Source: Calditrichia bacterium (GTDB taxonomy: Bacteria > Calditrichota > Calditrichia > JAJRVZ01). From it: a stretch of DNA of 64,000 nt. A program made the translations under genes and the position numbers. The stretch lies in contig CAWCNS010000006.1 of the NCBI GenBank assembly GCA_963796965.1, positions 384,001 through 448,000 of the forward strand, written 5' to 3'. Shown here piece after piece: positions 33,400-43,464 of the stretch (positions are counted from its first letter, which is position 1; each line of letters begins with the position of its first letter). The notes beneath the pieces were generated by a model. That model did no database searches, was not told the DNA's origin, and worked only from the letters and a program-made list of their open reading frames with translations.

Positions 33400-33687
33400 T
33401 TGGGGATGGGAAAGATGGAATTATTAACGGTTTTATTTATTGTACTTCTAACACTTGTAATCTTAAAACTTCTATCTATAATATTTCATACCGGATTATT
33501 TCTACTTGTATTACCATTAAAGATTTTAGCGGCAATAATTTCAACCATTGTCGTATTGGTGCTGTTAGTACCGCTTGGTGTTGTTGGCGCTGTAGCCGGG
33601 CTCCTGGTAGCCCCAATTGCTTTGTTAGTTATCTTATTACCAGTTGCTTTAATTGGTTTGGGTCTTTACTTAATCGTCAATAAATAA
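33400..33687 (+). CDS. Small, very hydrophobic membrane protein (likely start 33415)
   Basis: Almost entirely apolar ~90-aa ORF with 3-4 hydrophobic segments. Confidence 0.65.
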   Translation: MGMGKMELLTVLFIVLLTLVILKLLSIIFHTGLFLLVLPLKILAAIISTIVVLVLLVPLGVVGAVAGLLVAPIALLVILLPVALIGLGLYLIVNK

Positions 33688-33691
33688 AAAA

Positions 33692-34259
33692 TTAAAACCA
33701 ATCCAAGTCATTTAGATCTTTAATTTCGTCTTTCATTGTAAAATGAAGATCTTCAAAATCTTCAGCTGTTTCTTCAAGATCATCAGCCATTTCTTCGAGC
33801 TTTTCTGAGCGTTCCTCAAGTTCTAATTTTACTTCTTCCATGTCCTCTTCGATGTCATCACTGTCATAGTCTGAAACCATCATTTTGAGTGCACCAGCAG
33901 CAGCAATGATCCCAATTTTCGCTCCTTTGACACCAATAATGGCACCTTCTTTGCCGATTTCCTTCGCTTGCTCTATGATGTCCATAAAATTATCATAATA
34001 ATCGGCGACTAATCTACGTTGATATCTGTCAAGGCTTACACGATTCCCATTTATAAAGAGATTGTAGTCGGGTGTTATTTCTACCCATTGTTCATCATCA
34101 TATTTACAAGTGAGGACAATTATATCATTTTCGATATCAATATGCGCTTCGTCAAGACAGACTTGGTTGGTGATCAGAGTGGCGATATTTTTTCTCTGCT
34201 TTTTCGGCAAAAATAGCAGATATCATAATAAAAGGTAAAACCAGGTAAAGGACTTTCAT
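33692..34259 (-). CDS. Secreted DUF2884/YggN-like protein; frameshift near 34200
   Basis: AGGAG RBS and MKVLYLVLPFIMISAIFAEK signal peptide lie in a different frame from the body (ITPDYNLFING..VSLD..QRRLV.DY). Confidence 0.7.
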
Positions 34260-34295
34260 TGATAACTCCTGATATAAGATTGATTTTATTTTGTT

Positions 34296-34320
34296 TACGG
34301 GAAGATCCGGTTGATGTTTC
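34296..34320 (-). promoter_or_regulatory. ECF-sigma-type promoter candidate GAAAC-N16-CGTA
   Basis: Matches the SigW-like -35/-10 pattern, ~37 bp upstream of ATG 34259. Confidence 0.5.
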
Positions 34321-34426
34321 GAAATTCGTGATGCGGGATTAATAATTAACAATTCAGACTATATTTCCATATATTTAGCGCTTTGGATCAGTAAGAGCAG
34401 AAGAAGATTTATAAATTGGAAAACAG

Positions 34427-35563
34427 ATGAATAAAAATATAATTAGAGAAGATATCATGTTTCGTTACCTGGCCGTTTTGACAATCGCCTCTGTGGCCGG
34501 TCATCAAACATGGCGGACATTGTTTAATAATTTCGCAGTGGAAATTGCCCATTTAGATGGTTTTCATATTGGTGTAATACAATCTGCCCGTGAGATACCT
34601 GGATTCCTTGCTCTCTTGGCAATCGCATTGATCCTTATAATTAAGGAGCATCGGCTGGCAGCTATTTCGATTATTATAATGGGATTGGGTATTTCCTTAA
34701 CAGGATTTTTTCCATCCTATATCGGATTAATATTTACTACAATCCTGATGAGTTTTGGATTTCACTATTTTGAGACAACGAATCAATCTCTCACCTTACA
34801 ATATTTTGATAAAAATATATCCCCCTGGATTTTTGGAAAACTTCGAAGTTATGCAGCCATGACAAATATTGGAATTGGTTTGGCTATTTTCCTCTGTACA
34901 ATAATGTTATCCTATCTGCAGATATATATCTTATTAGGTATTGCGGTGGTACTTGTTGGTACCTGGGCATTGTTTCAACAACCAACACGTCAGGATTTAG
35001 TACCGCAACGGAAAAAGATGATATTACGAAAAAAGTATTGGCTCTATTATTTTCTGACCTTTATGGCAGGTGCGCGCCGGCAAATCTTCACCGCATTTGC
35101 GGTATTTTTACTTGTTAAGGTCTTTGAATTTTCCGTGCAAGAAATCACCCTGCTCTTTGTTATAAATAATACAATAAACTATTTTGTAGCACCACTTATT
35201 GGTAAAGCAATTATCCACTTTGGCGAAAGAAAAGTGCTATCGGTAGAATACGCAACTTTAATTATAGTCTTTATTGCTTATGCTTATGTTGATCACAAAT
35301 GGATTGTAGTTTTTCTTTATATCATTGATCATATTGTATTCAACTTCTCTATTGCTATTCGAACATATTTTCAAAAAGTTGGGGATCCAAGGGATATTGC
35401 ACCCAGTATGGCGGTTGGTTTTACCATAAATCATATTGCGGCAGTGGTTATTCCAACTATAGGGGGAATTGTTTGGATGATTGACTATAAGATACCGTTT
35501 TTAATCGGTGCGGTAATGAGTCTGATTTCACTTGCAGCAGTGCAGCTGAATACGAACCAATGA
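34427..35563 (+). CDS. MFS transporter
   Basis: About 12 hydrophobic segments; QSAREIPG, GFHYFET, LTFMAGARRQIF. Confidence 0.88.
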   Translation: MNKNIIREDIMFRYLAVLTIASVAGHQTWRTLFNNFAVEIAHLDGFHIGVIQSAREIPGFLALLAIALILIIKEHRLAAISIIIMGLGISLTGFFPSYIGLIFTTILMSFGFHYFETTNQSLTLQYFDKNISPWIFGKLRSYAAMTNIGIGLAIFLCTIMLSYLQIYILLGIAVVLVGTWALFQQPTRQDLVPQRKKMILRKKYWLYYFLTFMAGARRQIFTAFAVFLLVKVFEFSVQEITLLFVINNTINYFVAPLIGKAIIHFGERKVLSVEYATLIIVFIAYAYVDHKWIVVFLYIIDHIVFNFSIAIRTYFQKVGDPRDIAPSMAVGFTINHIAAVVIPTIGGIVWMIDYKIPFLIGAVMSLISLAAVQLNTNQ

Positions 35564-35658
35564 TGTTGGAAATAAGGTATAAGGGTATATGGACTAAAAC
35601 AGTGATCTGAAAATTGTAGTAGGAATGCCTCATGTCAATTGAGATATTAATGTGAAAT

Positions 35659-35688
35659 TGTAGTGGCCGTTCGCGAACGGCCACTACA
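35659..35688. repeat. Perfect 30-bp GTAG-type REP-like palindrome TGTAGTGGCCGTTCGCGAACGGCCACTACA
   Basis: Exact self-complementarity; lies between convergent MFS and hflC genes. Confidence 0.85.
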
Positions 35689-35702
35689 TCACACATGTGT
35701 AT

Positions 35703-36656
35703 CTAACGTCCAGATGGTCGTTTTAAATACTTATAAAAATCAGTTTCACTGGATAAGATCAGCCAATCATCAGAATCAAAAGTTGACTCATAAGTTTCCA
35801 TTGTTTTTAGGAAGGAGTAGAAATCCCTTGATTCGGCGCTACGGTTATAAGCATTTGCATAAATCTTAGTCGCTTCTGCATCTGCCCGACCCTTGATTTC
35901 CTGAGAAGTTTTAAAAGCTTCGGAGGTGATTCGCTTTAATTCTCTTTCTTTTTCCCCAAGAATACGTGATGCTTCTCCCTGACCTTGTGAGCGAAATTTG
36001 TCTGCAATACGTTTACGTTCCGTAATCATTCGGTCATAAACTTTTTCTCGCACTTCTTTAACATAATTGATTCGTTTAAAACGCACATCATGGACCTCTA
36101 TTCCAAGATCATCCGTACGTTTGGAGGCAGCATCAAAAATTTCCTTTCTTATTTTTTCACGTCCAAATTTAATGGTTGCTAGTATACCTGTTTCTTCATC
36201 CTTAGCAGCTCCCTCTACTTCAACAACAACCCGGTTGGATGTCCGTACGAGTTCAACCAGATCATGGTTCGCAATTGCATTACGGGTTTCACCATCAAGA
36301 ATATCATCTAAACGAGACTGTGCGCCACGTTCATCGCGCAAACGCTGAAAGAAAAGAAGCGGATCAGTTATACGCCAGCGCGCATAGGTGTTGACCCAGA
36401 TAAACCTTTTATCCTTTGTGGGGACCTGATTTGGATCACCATCCCACTCCAGAAATCTTTTTTCAAAGAAATTAGCATCCTGAATGATTGGTATTTTAAA
36501 ATTAATCCCAGGTGTTGTAATCGGTTCGCCAACCGGTTTCCCAAATTGGGTGATAATAACTTGTTCGGTTTCTTTAACGATGAATGTTGATGAAAAGATG
36601 ATAATTAACCCTAGAAAACTTAAAATGCCTATAATAATCATATTCTTATTTTGCAT
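35703..36656 (-). CDS. hflC: FtsH protease modulator HflC
   Basis: N-terminal TM, ITQFGKP, TKDKR..V..YARWRI.DP, YDRM.TER, FYSFLKTMETY. Confidence 0.95.
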   Translation of the reverse strand: MQNKNMIIIGILSFLGLIIIFSSTFIVKETEQVIITQFGKPVGEPITTPGINFKIPIIQDANFFEKRFLEWDGDPNQVPTKDKRFIWVNTYARWRITDPLLFFQRLRDERGAQSRLDDILDGETRNAIANHDLVELVRTSNRVVVEVEGAAKDEETGILATIKFGREKIRKEIFDAASKRTDDLGIEVHDVRFKRINYVKEVREKVYDRMITERKRIADKFRSQGQGEASRILGEKERELKRITSEAFKTSQEIKGRADAEATKIYANAYNRSAESRDFYSFLKTMETYESTFDSDDWLILSSETDFYKYLKRPSGR

Positions 36657-37632
36657 TGGTCACCTCCTTCTTTAAATCAAGCAACGGGATGAGACCTTTG
36701 ATATTTTCATCAACGATTAGTTTTTTTCCAACTTTGGGTAATATTTTATTCATGGTTTCCAGATACATACGTTGTGTCGTAACTTCCTTGGCAAGCCGAT
36801 ATTGGTTAAACAACAAATTAAACCTTGTTGCTTCTCCTTTGGCGTGATTGACACGCTCCAAGGCATAACCTTCGGCCTCTTCAATCATCTGCTGTGCTTC
36901 ACCGGTTGCTCTGGGAACCACTTTGTTGTATTCTGCCAGAGCCTGGTTGATTAACTTCTCTCTTTCCTGTTGCGCCTCATTAACTTCATTAAACGAAGGT
37001 TTTACCCGGTCAGGAGGATTCACATCCTGCAGAACAACTTGTTCTACTTTAATACCGGTTTCATACTGATCACAAAGCTCCTGCAATTTGACTTGTACGG
37101 CGACACTAATTTCTTGCCTTCCAACAGTTAAAACCTCATTAACAGTACGATCACCAATGATCTCGCGCATCACGGCTTCTGTCATAGCCCGGAATGTCAT
37201 ACCAATATCTCTTACCTTAAACAAATACTTATAAGGATCTGCAACTCTGTATTGCACAATCCATTCCACCTCCCCGACATTCAAATCTCCGGTAAGCATG
37301 AGCGACTCATCCAGAAAACTTGCCTCTGAATATCGCGTTCGCACACCAACAGATTCCGATCTAAATCCGAATTCCTCCTTCAGTTGTCTCTGAACAGGAA
37401 CTTTTTCCAACTGATCAATGCCAAGAGGCAGTTTAAAATTAAGTCCAGGCTCAGCAATATGAGAAAATTTCCCAAAGCGTAAAATGACCCCGACTTCTTC
37501 AGGATCAATGGTGAAGAAAGAAGAAAAAATAAAGATCAGTGCAAATACACCGATCACACCATATTTAACCAGATTAGGTGATAATTTAGGTACCTTCATC
37601 TGATTAAAATCAAAAACGTCATTTTCTGCCAT
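36646..37632 (-). CDS. hflK: FtsH protease modulator HflK
   Basis: GVILRFGK, MLTGDLNV, LQDVNPP..V..SFNEV, EVTTQRMYLETM. Confidence 0.95.
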   Translation of the reverse strand: MAENDVFDFNQMKVPKLSPNLVKYGVIGVFALIFIFSSFFTIDPEEVGVILRFGKFSHIAEPGLNFKLPLGIDQLEKVPVQRQLKEEFGFRSESVGVRTRYSEASFLDESLMLTGDLNVGEVEWIVQYRVADPYKYLFKVRDIGMTFRAMTEAVMREIIGDRTVNEVLTVGRQEISVAVQVKLQELCDQYETGIKVEQVVLQDVNPPDRVKPSFNEVNEAQQEREKLINQALAEYNKVVPRATGEAQQMIEEAEGYALERVNHAKGEATRFNLLFNQYRLAKEVTTQRMYLETMNKILPKVGKKLIVDENIKGLIPLLDLKKEVTNAK

Positions 37633-37727
37633 TTAACTATACCCTCCTTTTATGATTGTTCTTACTCAAAAATTTTATGTAATGATAATATGTAATTTAA
37701 AAAAGTACTACAGACACATTACTTCGA

Positions 37728-37813
37728 TACTGGGTTCTGGGTGCTCGGTACTGGTCAAATCTATTAATCCTAATACCAGTTAGATACGAGTGCCCAGTGC
37801 CTAGAACCCAGCA
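37728..37813. repeat. Inverted repeat built from 7-bp units (TACTGGG TTCTGGG TGCTCGG TACTGGT ... CCCAGTG CCTAGAA CCCAGCA)
   Basis: Heptamer periodicity in both arms, opposite orientation. Confidence 0.7.
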
Positions 37814-37847
37814 CTTTTTGATGCTTTAAAATATACACGGACTTTAT

Positions 37848-38190
37848 CTAAATATTCAAATTGTCCGGCAGCCAGAGATATTTTTCCAGATCAATTTTCC
37901 CTGTTGAACTGAAAACGAACACCTTCATTTTCGAGTAGTTTCTTCTGTAGAGAATCATGTTCATTGCGGGAAGTAGAATATGAAATCTTTCCTTTACTAT
38001 TAATTACCCGATGCCAGGGAATGTCATAACCATCGGGCAGCCCGTGTAACGCAAAGCCGACAATTCTGGCGGGCATGCCATAGCCTACTAAAGCTGCAAT
38101 CTGTCCATAGGTGGCAACTTTGCCCGAAGGTATAACGTTGACAATATTATATATTCTTTTAAATGTATCTGTAGATTTTTGCTGGGACAT
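37848..38190 (-). CDS. Alkyltransferase-like protein (ATL/YbaZ); frameshift near 37910
   Basis: IPSGKVATYGQIA and PWHRV (Trp in place of the catalytic Cys of true MGMT). Alternate frame gives SSTGKIDLEKYLWLPDNLNI*. Confidence 0.85.
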
Positions 38191-38217
38191 TATTTAAATG
38201 TGATCTAAAGTCAGACA

Positions 38218-38255
38218 AAAAGATAAATCCCGATAAGTAAACGGGGCTTATCTTT
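38218..38255 (-). terminator. Probable intrinsic terminator after serC
   Basis: AAAGATAA-ATCCC...GGGGC-TTATCTTT imperfect hairpin. Confidence 0.45.
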
Positions 38256-38273
38256 GGAGAATATTGTGTGTAT

Positions 38274-39356
38274 TTATCCGTGGTTTCGTTCAAATTCCTG
38301 CATAAAATCTGTCAATGCTCTGACAGCTTCAATGGGAACAGCATTATAGATGCTCGCCCGAATACCACCAACAGAACGATGTCCCTTTAACCCAATCATA
38401 CCCTCAGCGGTAGCTTTTTCTATAAAAACCTTTTCCAGATCTTCGGAAGGAAGACGATAGGTAACATTCATAATTGAACGGCTGTCTGTTTCTACGGTGC
38501 CTTTGTAAAAATCGCTGGAATCGAGGATATTATAAATTAGATCAGCTTTTTCCTGGTTAACTTTCCCTATCTTGTCCAATCCGCCACTCTCTTTAATCCA
38601 TTTTAACACCAGCATATTGATATATATTCCAAAAGTAGGAGGTGTGTTATAGAGAGAATCTTTGCCACCGATTGTTTTATAGCTGATCAGAGTCGGGATA
38701 TTAGATGGACTTTTTTCCATCAGGCCCTCACGGATTATAACAATTGTTACGCCTGAAGGGCCCATGTTTTTCTGTGCTCCCGCATAGATCAGCCCAAATT
38801 TATTTATATCAATAGGACGGCAGCCGATGTCAGAAGACATATCACTTATCAGGGGTATCTTACCTGATTCTGGATAATCTGACCATTGGGTTCCAAATAT
38901 AGTATTATTTGAAGTAATATGTATATATTTTGCTTCCGAATTAATAGTATATGTTTTGGGAATATAGTTAAAATTTTGATCTTCCGAACTGGCGATTACA
39001 TTAATATTTTTACCTAATTTCTCAGCTTCTTGTATCGCCTTTTTTGACCAGGAACCCGTGTTAATATAGTCGGCAGTTTCCTGATCACCAAGAAGGTTTA
39101 AGGGGACAGCAGCAAATTGAAGTGAGGCACCACCCTGCATATAGATAACCTTATAGCCACCCGGTATACCAAATACATCCTTTGCTAATTGTTCAGCCTC
39201 TTTAATAATTGAATCAAATGTTTTGGAGCGATGACTCATTTCCATAACAGAAAGTCCTTCACCCTTATAGCTGAGAAGATCTTCCCTGACCTCTTTTAAG
39301 ACGGAGACGGGTAAGGCGGCAGGACCAGCATTAAAATTATATACACGATTTTCCAT
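38274..39356 (-). CDS. serC: Phosphoserine aminotransferase
   Basis: YNFNAGPAALP, EMSHRS, SDMSS, YAGAQKN, NTPP, GHRSVGGIRASIYNA. Confidence 0.97.
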   Translation of the reverse strand: MENRVYNFNAGPAALPVSVLKEVREDLLSYKGEGLSVMEMSHRSKTFDSIIKEAEQLAKDVFGIPGGYKVIYMQGGASLQFAAVPLNLLGDQETADYINTGSWSKKAIQEAEKLGKNINVIASSEDQNFNYIPKTYTINSEAKYIHITSNNTIFGTQWSDYPESGKIPLISDMSSDIGCRPIDINKFGLIYAGAQKNMGPSGVTIVIIREGLMEKSPSNIPTLISYKTIGGKDSLYNTPPTFGIYINMLVLKWIKESGGLDKIGKVNQEKADLIYNILDSSDFYKGTVETDSRSIMNVTYRLPSEDLEKVFIEKATAEGMIGLKGHRSVGGIRASIYNAVPIEAVRALTDFMQEFERNHG

Positions 39357-39562
39357 GTCTACCTCATCAATTGCTGATTTTATGTGCTTAAATTAATTTA
39401 TTTGGTCCTATAAATATACGCATCAGTCACATAGATTAAAAGAATTTGTTTACATAATCATGCAATTCGCAAACATGATTTCCTTGCGACGAGGATCGCG
39501 GTTTTTTATATTGCTCTACGGTTAATATTTACACCACCTTTATCATAAATAGGAGGTTTCCA

Positions 39563-40063
39563 ATGAAAATGTCGGATATGGTTATTGGGGTAGGATTGGT
39601 AATTTTGGGAATATTATTTCTCTCAGAAAATTTTGGATACCTCTCTTTTGATTTTGAGAATGTATGGCCGGTTTTTGTGCTTCTGGCGGGTGTTGGATTT
39701 TGGATTGGATTCTACCAGGATCGAAAAAACTATGGCCTGTTAATGCCCGGTTCCATTCTAATTATATATGGAATACTTTTTCTCTATTGTTCAGTAGAGG
39801 GATGGTACTTAATGAGTTATTGGTGGCCGGTCTTTCCTCTAGGTCCGGGAATAGGTTTCTTTATGATGTATATTTTTGGGGAAAAAGAAAAAGGAATGCT
39901 GATCCCAGCATCCATTTTAAGTGGTATCTCGATCCTTTTTCTTATTGGTTATAGTGGAATCTGGCGATACTGGCCTGTGGTACTGATCATAATAGGACTT
40001 GTGTTGATCTTCAGATATCGGATGGATAAAAAAGTGAAGAGTGAACAGGGAAAAGAGACCTAG
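39563..40063 (+). CDS. Membrane protein with LiaI/LiaF-like TM repeats
   Basis: Repeated WP-x-x-L motifs; GGAGG RBS. Confidence 0.7.
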   Translation: MKMSDMVIGVGLVILGILFLSENFGYLSFDFENVWPVFVLLAGVGFWIGFYQDRKNYGLLMPGSILIIYGILFLYCSVEGWYLMSYWWPVFPLGPGIGFFMMYIFGEKEKGMLIPASILSGISILFLIGYSGIWRYWPVVLIIIGLVLIFRYRMDKKVKSEQGKET

Positions 40064-40128
40064 AATACCGACGGTGCGAAAGTATTAGGTATAAGGAATT
40101 GGTATATCTATCAGAAAGGTCTTAAATT

Positions 40129-40170
40129 TTTTACCTTTTACCTTTTACCTTTTACCTTTTACCTTTTACC
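40129..40170. repeat. Perfect tandem repeat (TTTTACC)x6
   Basis: Six exact heptamer copies between convergent genes. Confidence 0.95.
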
Positions 40171-40196
40171 TTTATTTCTAAAACTCCTCTAAGATA

Positions 40197-41477
40197 CTAT
40201 GCCTTCCTATAGGGCAGAGGTTTAGGATCAAGTATATCTCTCAGTTTGTCCATTACAGCATAAGCGCAGAAAAAATTTCCCCTCGGGTTATAATGACCGA
40301 TGTAATACTGATCAATGTAGTCTTTCATTTCCAGATTATATTTTTTGAAATCCTGAGCATGAAATTCCATCAAATCGATAGAGGGCACATTTTTAGTTTT
40401 TAAATAGTTGATAAAACTTTGATCAAAACGTGTTTGTTTCTCAATAAAACGGGCAATCGTTCTTCCAGGATAGGAAAGGATGTACACTACTTTTTTATTG
40501 TTTTCCCTCGCATAATCTTCGATATTGTCAACAATCTTTTGCGTTGAAAACAGGGCCGCTTCCATGTGAATTTTCTCTGCTTCCTCAGCCAGGTTTTCAT
40601 TTTCATCAATTTTGGTTTTAATTCCGTGTGTTTTGATTAATGCCATTAATTCATCATATCCATCTGCCGTATTCCTTGCTTTAGCATTTTCATGGGCGAC
40701 CATTATCTTTAAAACAAAATCATCTTTAAATAACTCATAGGTTTTATCCAAGTCACATAGATGATAGTAGGATTCAGGAGTGGGGCAGGGGTTTGGACAT
40801 TCTTGTATTGTCTGATTTTCCAAGTTCACTTTCAGATAGGGTAAGGTTGCCTCTATATGTTGAGGATGTTTGTTTACCCTTATATTGCGCCAGGAATCCA
40901 GATTCCTTTTATGATCATCTTCATATATATTTATAATGATATAATCCGCAGGCTTTCTTGCTTCTTCTTTCAACATCCGCAGATAGGCCTGGTAAACGGA
41001 CCACCCACCAATACCATAATTACGAATGGGTTCCTGAAGATGGGCTGCCATCACCTCCTGCCAGGTTTCATGATCACTAACCTGATGGCATTGGGTAAAG
41101 CTGTTACCATAGGTATTAATTCGACAGGGTTCTGCCTTGTAGTTACCCATAATTCTCTCACCATCATTATCAACATAGGTATAAGTGGAAAATGAATCAT
41201 TTATCCCATCTTGAAATCTGGCATTTGGAAGTAACCATCCCAATGTGCTATTAAATTTTGAAAAAGGAAAAGCCTTCCCTGCAAACCAATCATCAACTTC
41301 CTTTTTGGTATACAGAATCTGGCTAAGATAGGTACGTTTGTTCATGATCTCCTTATCCTTTGATTGAATTTTGTTGGTAATGAGTGGTTGAGCGGATAAG
41401 TTTGATATGCCGAGGGTTCCTAATCCTAAACCTACAACCGAGGTTTTTTGAAGGAATTCTCTTCTTTTAATTTTCAT
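40197..41477 (-). CDS. Tat-exported SGNH-hydrolase-like protein
   Basis: KRREFLQK twin-arginine signal; YGNSFT, NYGIGGW, GHYNPRGN blocks. Confidence 0.65.
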   Translation of the reverse strand: MKIKRREFLQKTSVVGLGLGTLGISNLSAQPLITNKIQSKDKEIMNKRTYLSQILYTKKEVDDWFAGKAFPFSKFNSTLGWLLPNARFQDGINDSFSTYTYVDNDGERIMGNYKAEPCRINTYGNSFTQCHQVSDHETWQEVMAAHLQEPIRNYGIGGWSVYQAYLRMLKEEARKPADYIIINIYEDDHKRNLDSWRNIRVNKHPQHIEATLPYLKVNLENQTIQECPNPCPTPESYYHLCDLDKTYELFKDDFVLKIMVAHENAKARNTADGYDELMALIKTHGIKTKIDENENLAEEAEKIHMEAALFSTQKIVDNIEDYARENNKKVVYILSYPGRTIARFIEKQTRFDQSFINYLKTKNVPSIDLMEFHAQDFKKYNLEMKDYIDQYYIGHYNPRGNFFCAYAVMDKLRDILDPKPLPYRKA

Positions 41478-41528
41478 ATATTCTTTCCTGTTTTGTAATG
41501 ATTTACAGAATTGTTTATCCGCTTTTTA

Positions 41529-41622
41529 ACCACTAAGTACACCAAGAAGGCACAAAGTACTCAAAGAAAAAATCATAATAAAAACTTTGTGATCTTAGTG
41601 CTTTCTTGGTGTACTTTGTGGT
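41529..41622. repeat. 38-bp-arm inverted repeat built from ~9-10-bp CACnAAG units
   Basis: Arms 41529-41566 and 41585-41622 are reverse complements with 6 mismatches. Confidence 0.85.
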
Positions 41623-41657
41623 AAATTTTTTATTTTTAATATAAAGTAAAAAACAGA

Positions 41658-43364
41658 CTAATATATTTGAATAGTCTTTTTAAAGGGTGTGAATCCGGTA
41701 ATATATACAGACATGGCGTCAAGTTTTGGTCGTGCGCCACGTAGTTGGGTCCAGGTATGGTTTGCCTGCCCCGTTCCAAACCAAATGGTTTTTCCCTTAA
41801 AGGTATATTTTCCCATTCCGCTTTCAAGGATATAGACTTGGGGAATCTCTTCAATTTCCCGAACACCGCTAAGTGTTCCACCTTTACGAAAACCAAATTC
41901 AATGGCTAGCGGGACATTGTCTGTACCCTTAATTTCAATAGTGATCTCAAATTTACCATCTTTCTCTTTTATAAAGACAGTTGCTTCCTGCAGTTGAATC
42001 TCACTATGGGGACGTTGGGCTCTGTTCATTTTATGCCAATCGCCATCATCAGGCAGTAAATCACGGGGAAAGGGTTGATAATAAGGACCCTTTAGATCTT
42101 GATGGAGGAGGTACCCAGCGTCCTTTTTCTCAAGTTCTTTTCCTTGAAATTGTCCTTTCCCAAAGAAGGCCGTAGCAAACCGCAAACCCTCCAGAGCGGC
42201 CACTCCTTTATGAAAACTAAAAAATGAAGTATTTTGGGCAAGAATTGTAGCACTTATCTCCTGCCGTCTAATACGTACCAGTTGGGAATATGAAAATTCT
42301 TTAAAATAATTTACAGGTAAGGGTGAACTTGAGGGTAATTTTTTTTGCAGTGAGGGATCCTCAATATAATAGATCAAATTATTTACCAGATTATCTCCTG
42401 CCGTTTTTTGAATCCAATGTGTCATTTCTGCAAATTGTCCGTTGTTATCCAATAAGGACATATATCTGTATGGATAATAATATGGTGCCATCGAACCTTT
42501 TCTGTATTTATCCTGACGTCGTGAAGCTTCGGTTACAACCTCACCGTCAGGATGAACGTAATACATAGTAATTTCTAAATTTTTGCGCACAGGATCATAT
42601 AAACCTGTTTTACCAGTAAGTCGGGCAATGGTGATAAGGCAGCGATCGGTAAGCGGGCTATAAATACTTGAACTTTTTTCGGTGAACTGTCCATCAGGAT
42701 CAATATCAATCTTCTCGTCCAACCATTCATTAATTCGATCCATATATTTTTTCTTTGGGAAAAAGGAATTAATCCTTGCCAGTGCTCGGCAGACCACCCA
42801 GCGATGATTTGGTGTATGAATACCCCCTACAGATAGCGCATCGCCCCCCTTTTTTATGAAAATTTCCATGTTTTTTTGAAAGTCTGGTTTAGGGAAATCA
42901 GCGGCTTTTAAAAAAATACCATAGGTTGAACAAATATGCTCTAATACAAAGCCTGTATCGGGTGTAGAATGAAAGTTCGTGGTATGAAGGTCAATCGTTC
43001 CGTCTTCATATTGTGTTTCGACCATATAATGAGAAGCCAGAGACATGGGTTCAACTAAATCCGAAGATTGGTAATAAATTGATGTCGGATGAAGATAGGC
43101 ACAAGCCAGAATTTCGATAAATCTTGCCGTTCCTCCAGCTGTATAAATACCAAAATGATCTGGAATTCCGCCGACTTCTATTGGAGGTGAATTTGCATTC
43201 TGACGTTTTAAGAGATCCGGAATCAGACTATCATTTGCTTTTACGAGAGAAAGAACAAACCGATCCTCCGTTTCTGGCAAAAATACAGCCGGAGTGGATT
43301 GAGGAAATAAAAAAGGGGAGATTGTGCTGATACCGGCAAGCTTCATAAAATTTCGACGCTTCAT
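41658..43364 (-). CDS. Tat-exported uncharacterised protein (possible lyase/heparinase-like architecture)
   Basis: MKRRNFMK signal; GGIHTPNHRW, DGQFTEKS..Y, SRRQD; helical N-half, beta-rich C-half. Confidence 0.55.
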   Translation of the reverse strand: MKRRNFMKLAGISTISPFLFPQSTPAVFLPETEDRFVLSLVKANDSLIPDLLKRQNANSPPIEVGGIPDHFGIYTAGGTARFIEILACAYLHPTSIYYQSSDLVEPMSLASHYMVETQYEDGTIDLHTTNFHSTPDTGFVLEHICSTYGIFLKAADFPKPDFQKNMEIFIKKGGDALSVGGIHTPNHRWVVCRALARINSFFPKKKYMDRINEWLDEKIDIDPDGQFTEKSSSIYSPLTDRCLITIARLTGKTGLYDPVRKNLEITMYYVHPDGEVVTEASRRQDKYRKGSMAPYYYPYRYMSLLDNNGQFAEMTHWIQKTAGDNLVNNLIYYIEDPSLQKKLPSSSPLPVNYFKEFSYSQLVRIRRQEISATILAQNTSFFSFHKGVAALEGLRFATAFFGKGQFQGKELEKKDAGYLLHQDLKGPYYQPFPRDLLPDDGDWHKMNRAQRPHSEIQLQEATVFIKEKDGKFEITIEIKGTDNVPLAIEFGFRKGGTLSGVREIEEIPQVYILESGMGKYTFKGKTIWFGTGQANHTWTQLRGARPKLDAMSVYITGFTPFKKTIQIY

Positions 43365-43425
43365 AGTATTTTCCTTAACCTGGATGATATTCTAATATAT
43401 TAGGAAAGGCTTTAAGGGGCAAAAG

Positions 43426-43464
43426 AATTTGTAATTTGTAAATGGGAATTTGGAATTAGGAACT
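43426..43464. repeat. Degenerate 7-bp tandem repeat (AATTTGT AATTTGT AAATGGG AATTTGG AATTAGG)
   Basis: Heptamer periodicity. Confidence 0.55.

Noticed and set aside
35663..35869. ORFs reading VAVRERPL on both strands
   Set aside because: Artefacts of the 30-bp palindrome; they overlap hflC or the MFS gene antisense.
37848..38190. Active O6-methylguanine methyltransferase (Ogt/Ada)
   Set aside because: The active-site motif is PWHRV, not PCHRV, so it is an alkyltransferase-like protein.
35659..41622. Palindromes and periodic repeats as a CRISPR array
   Set aside because: No regularly spaced identical repeats with unique spacers, and no cas genes.
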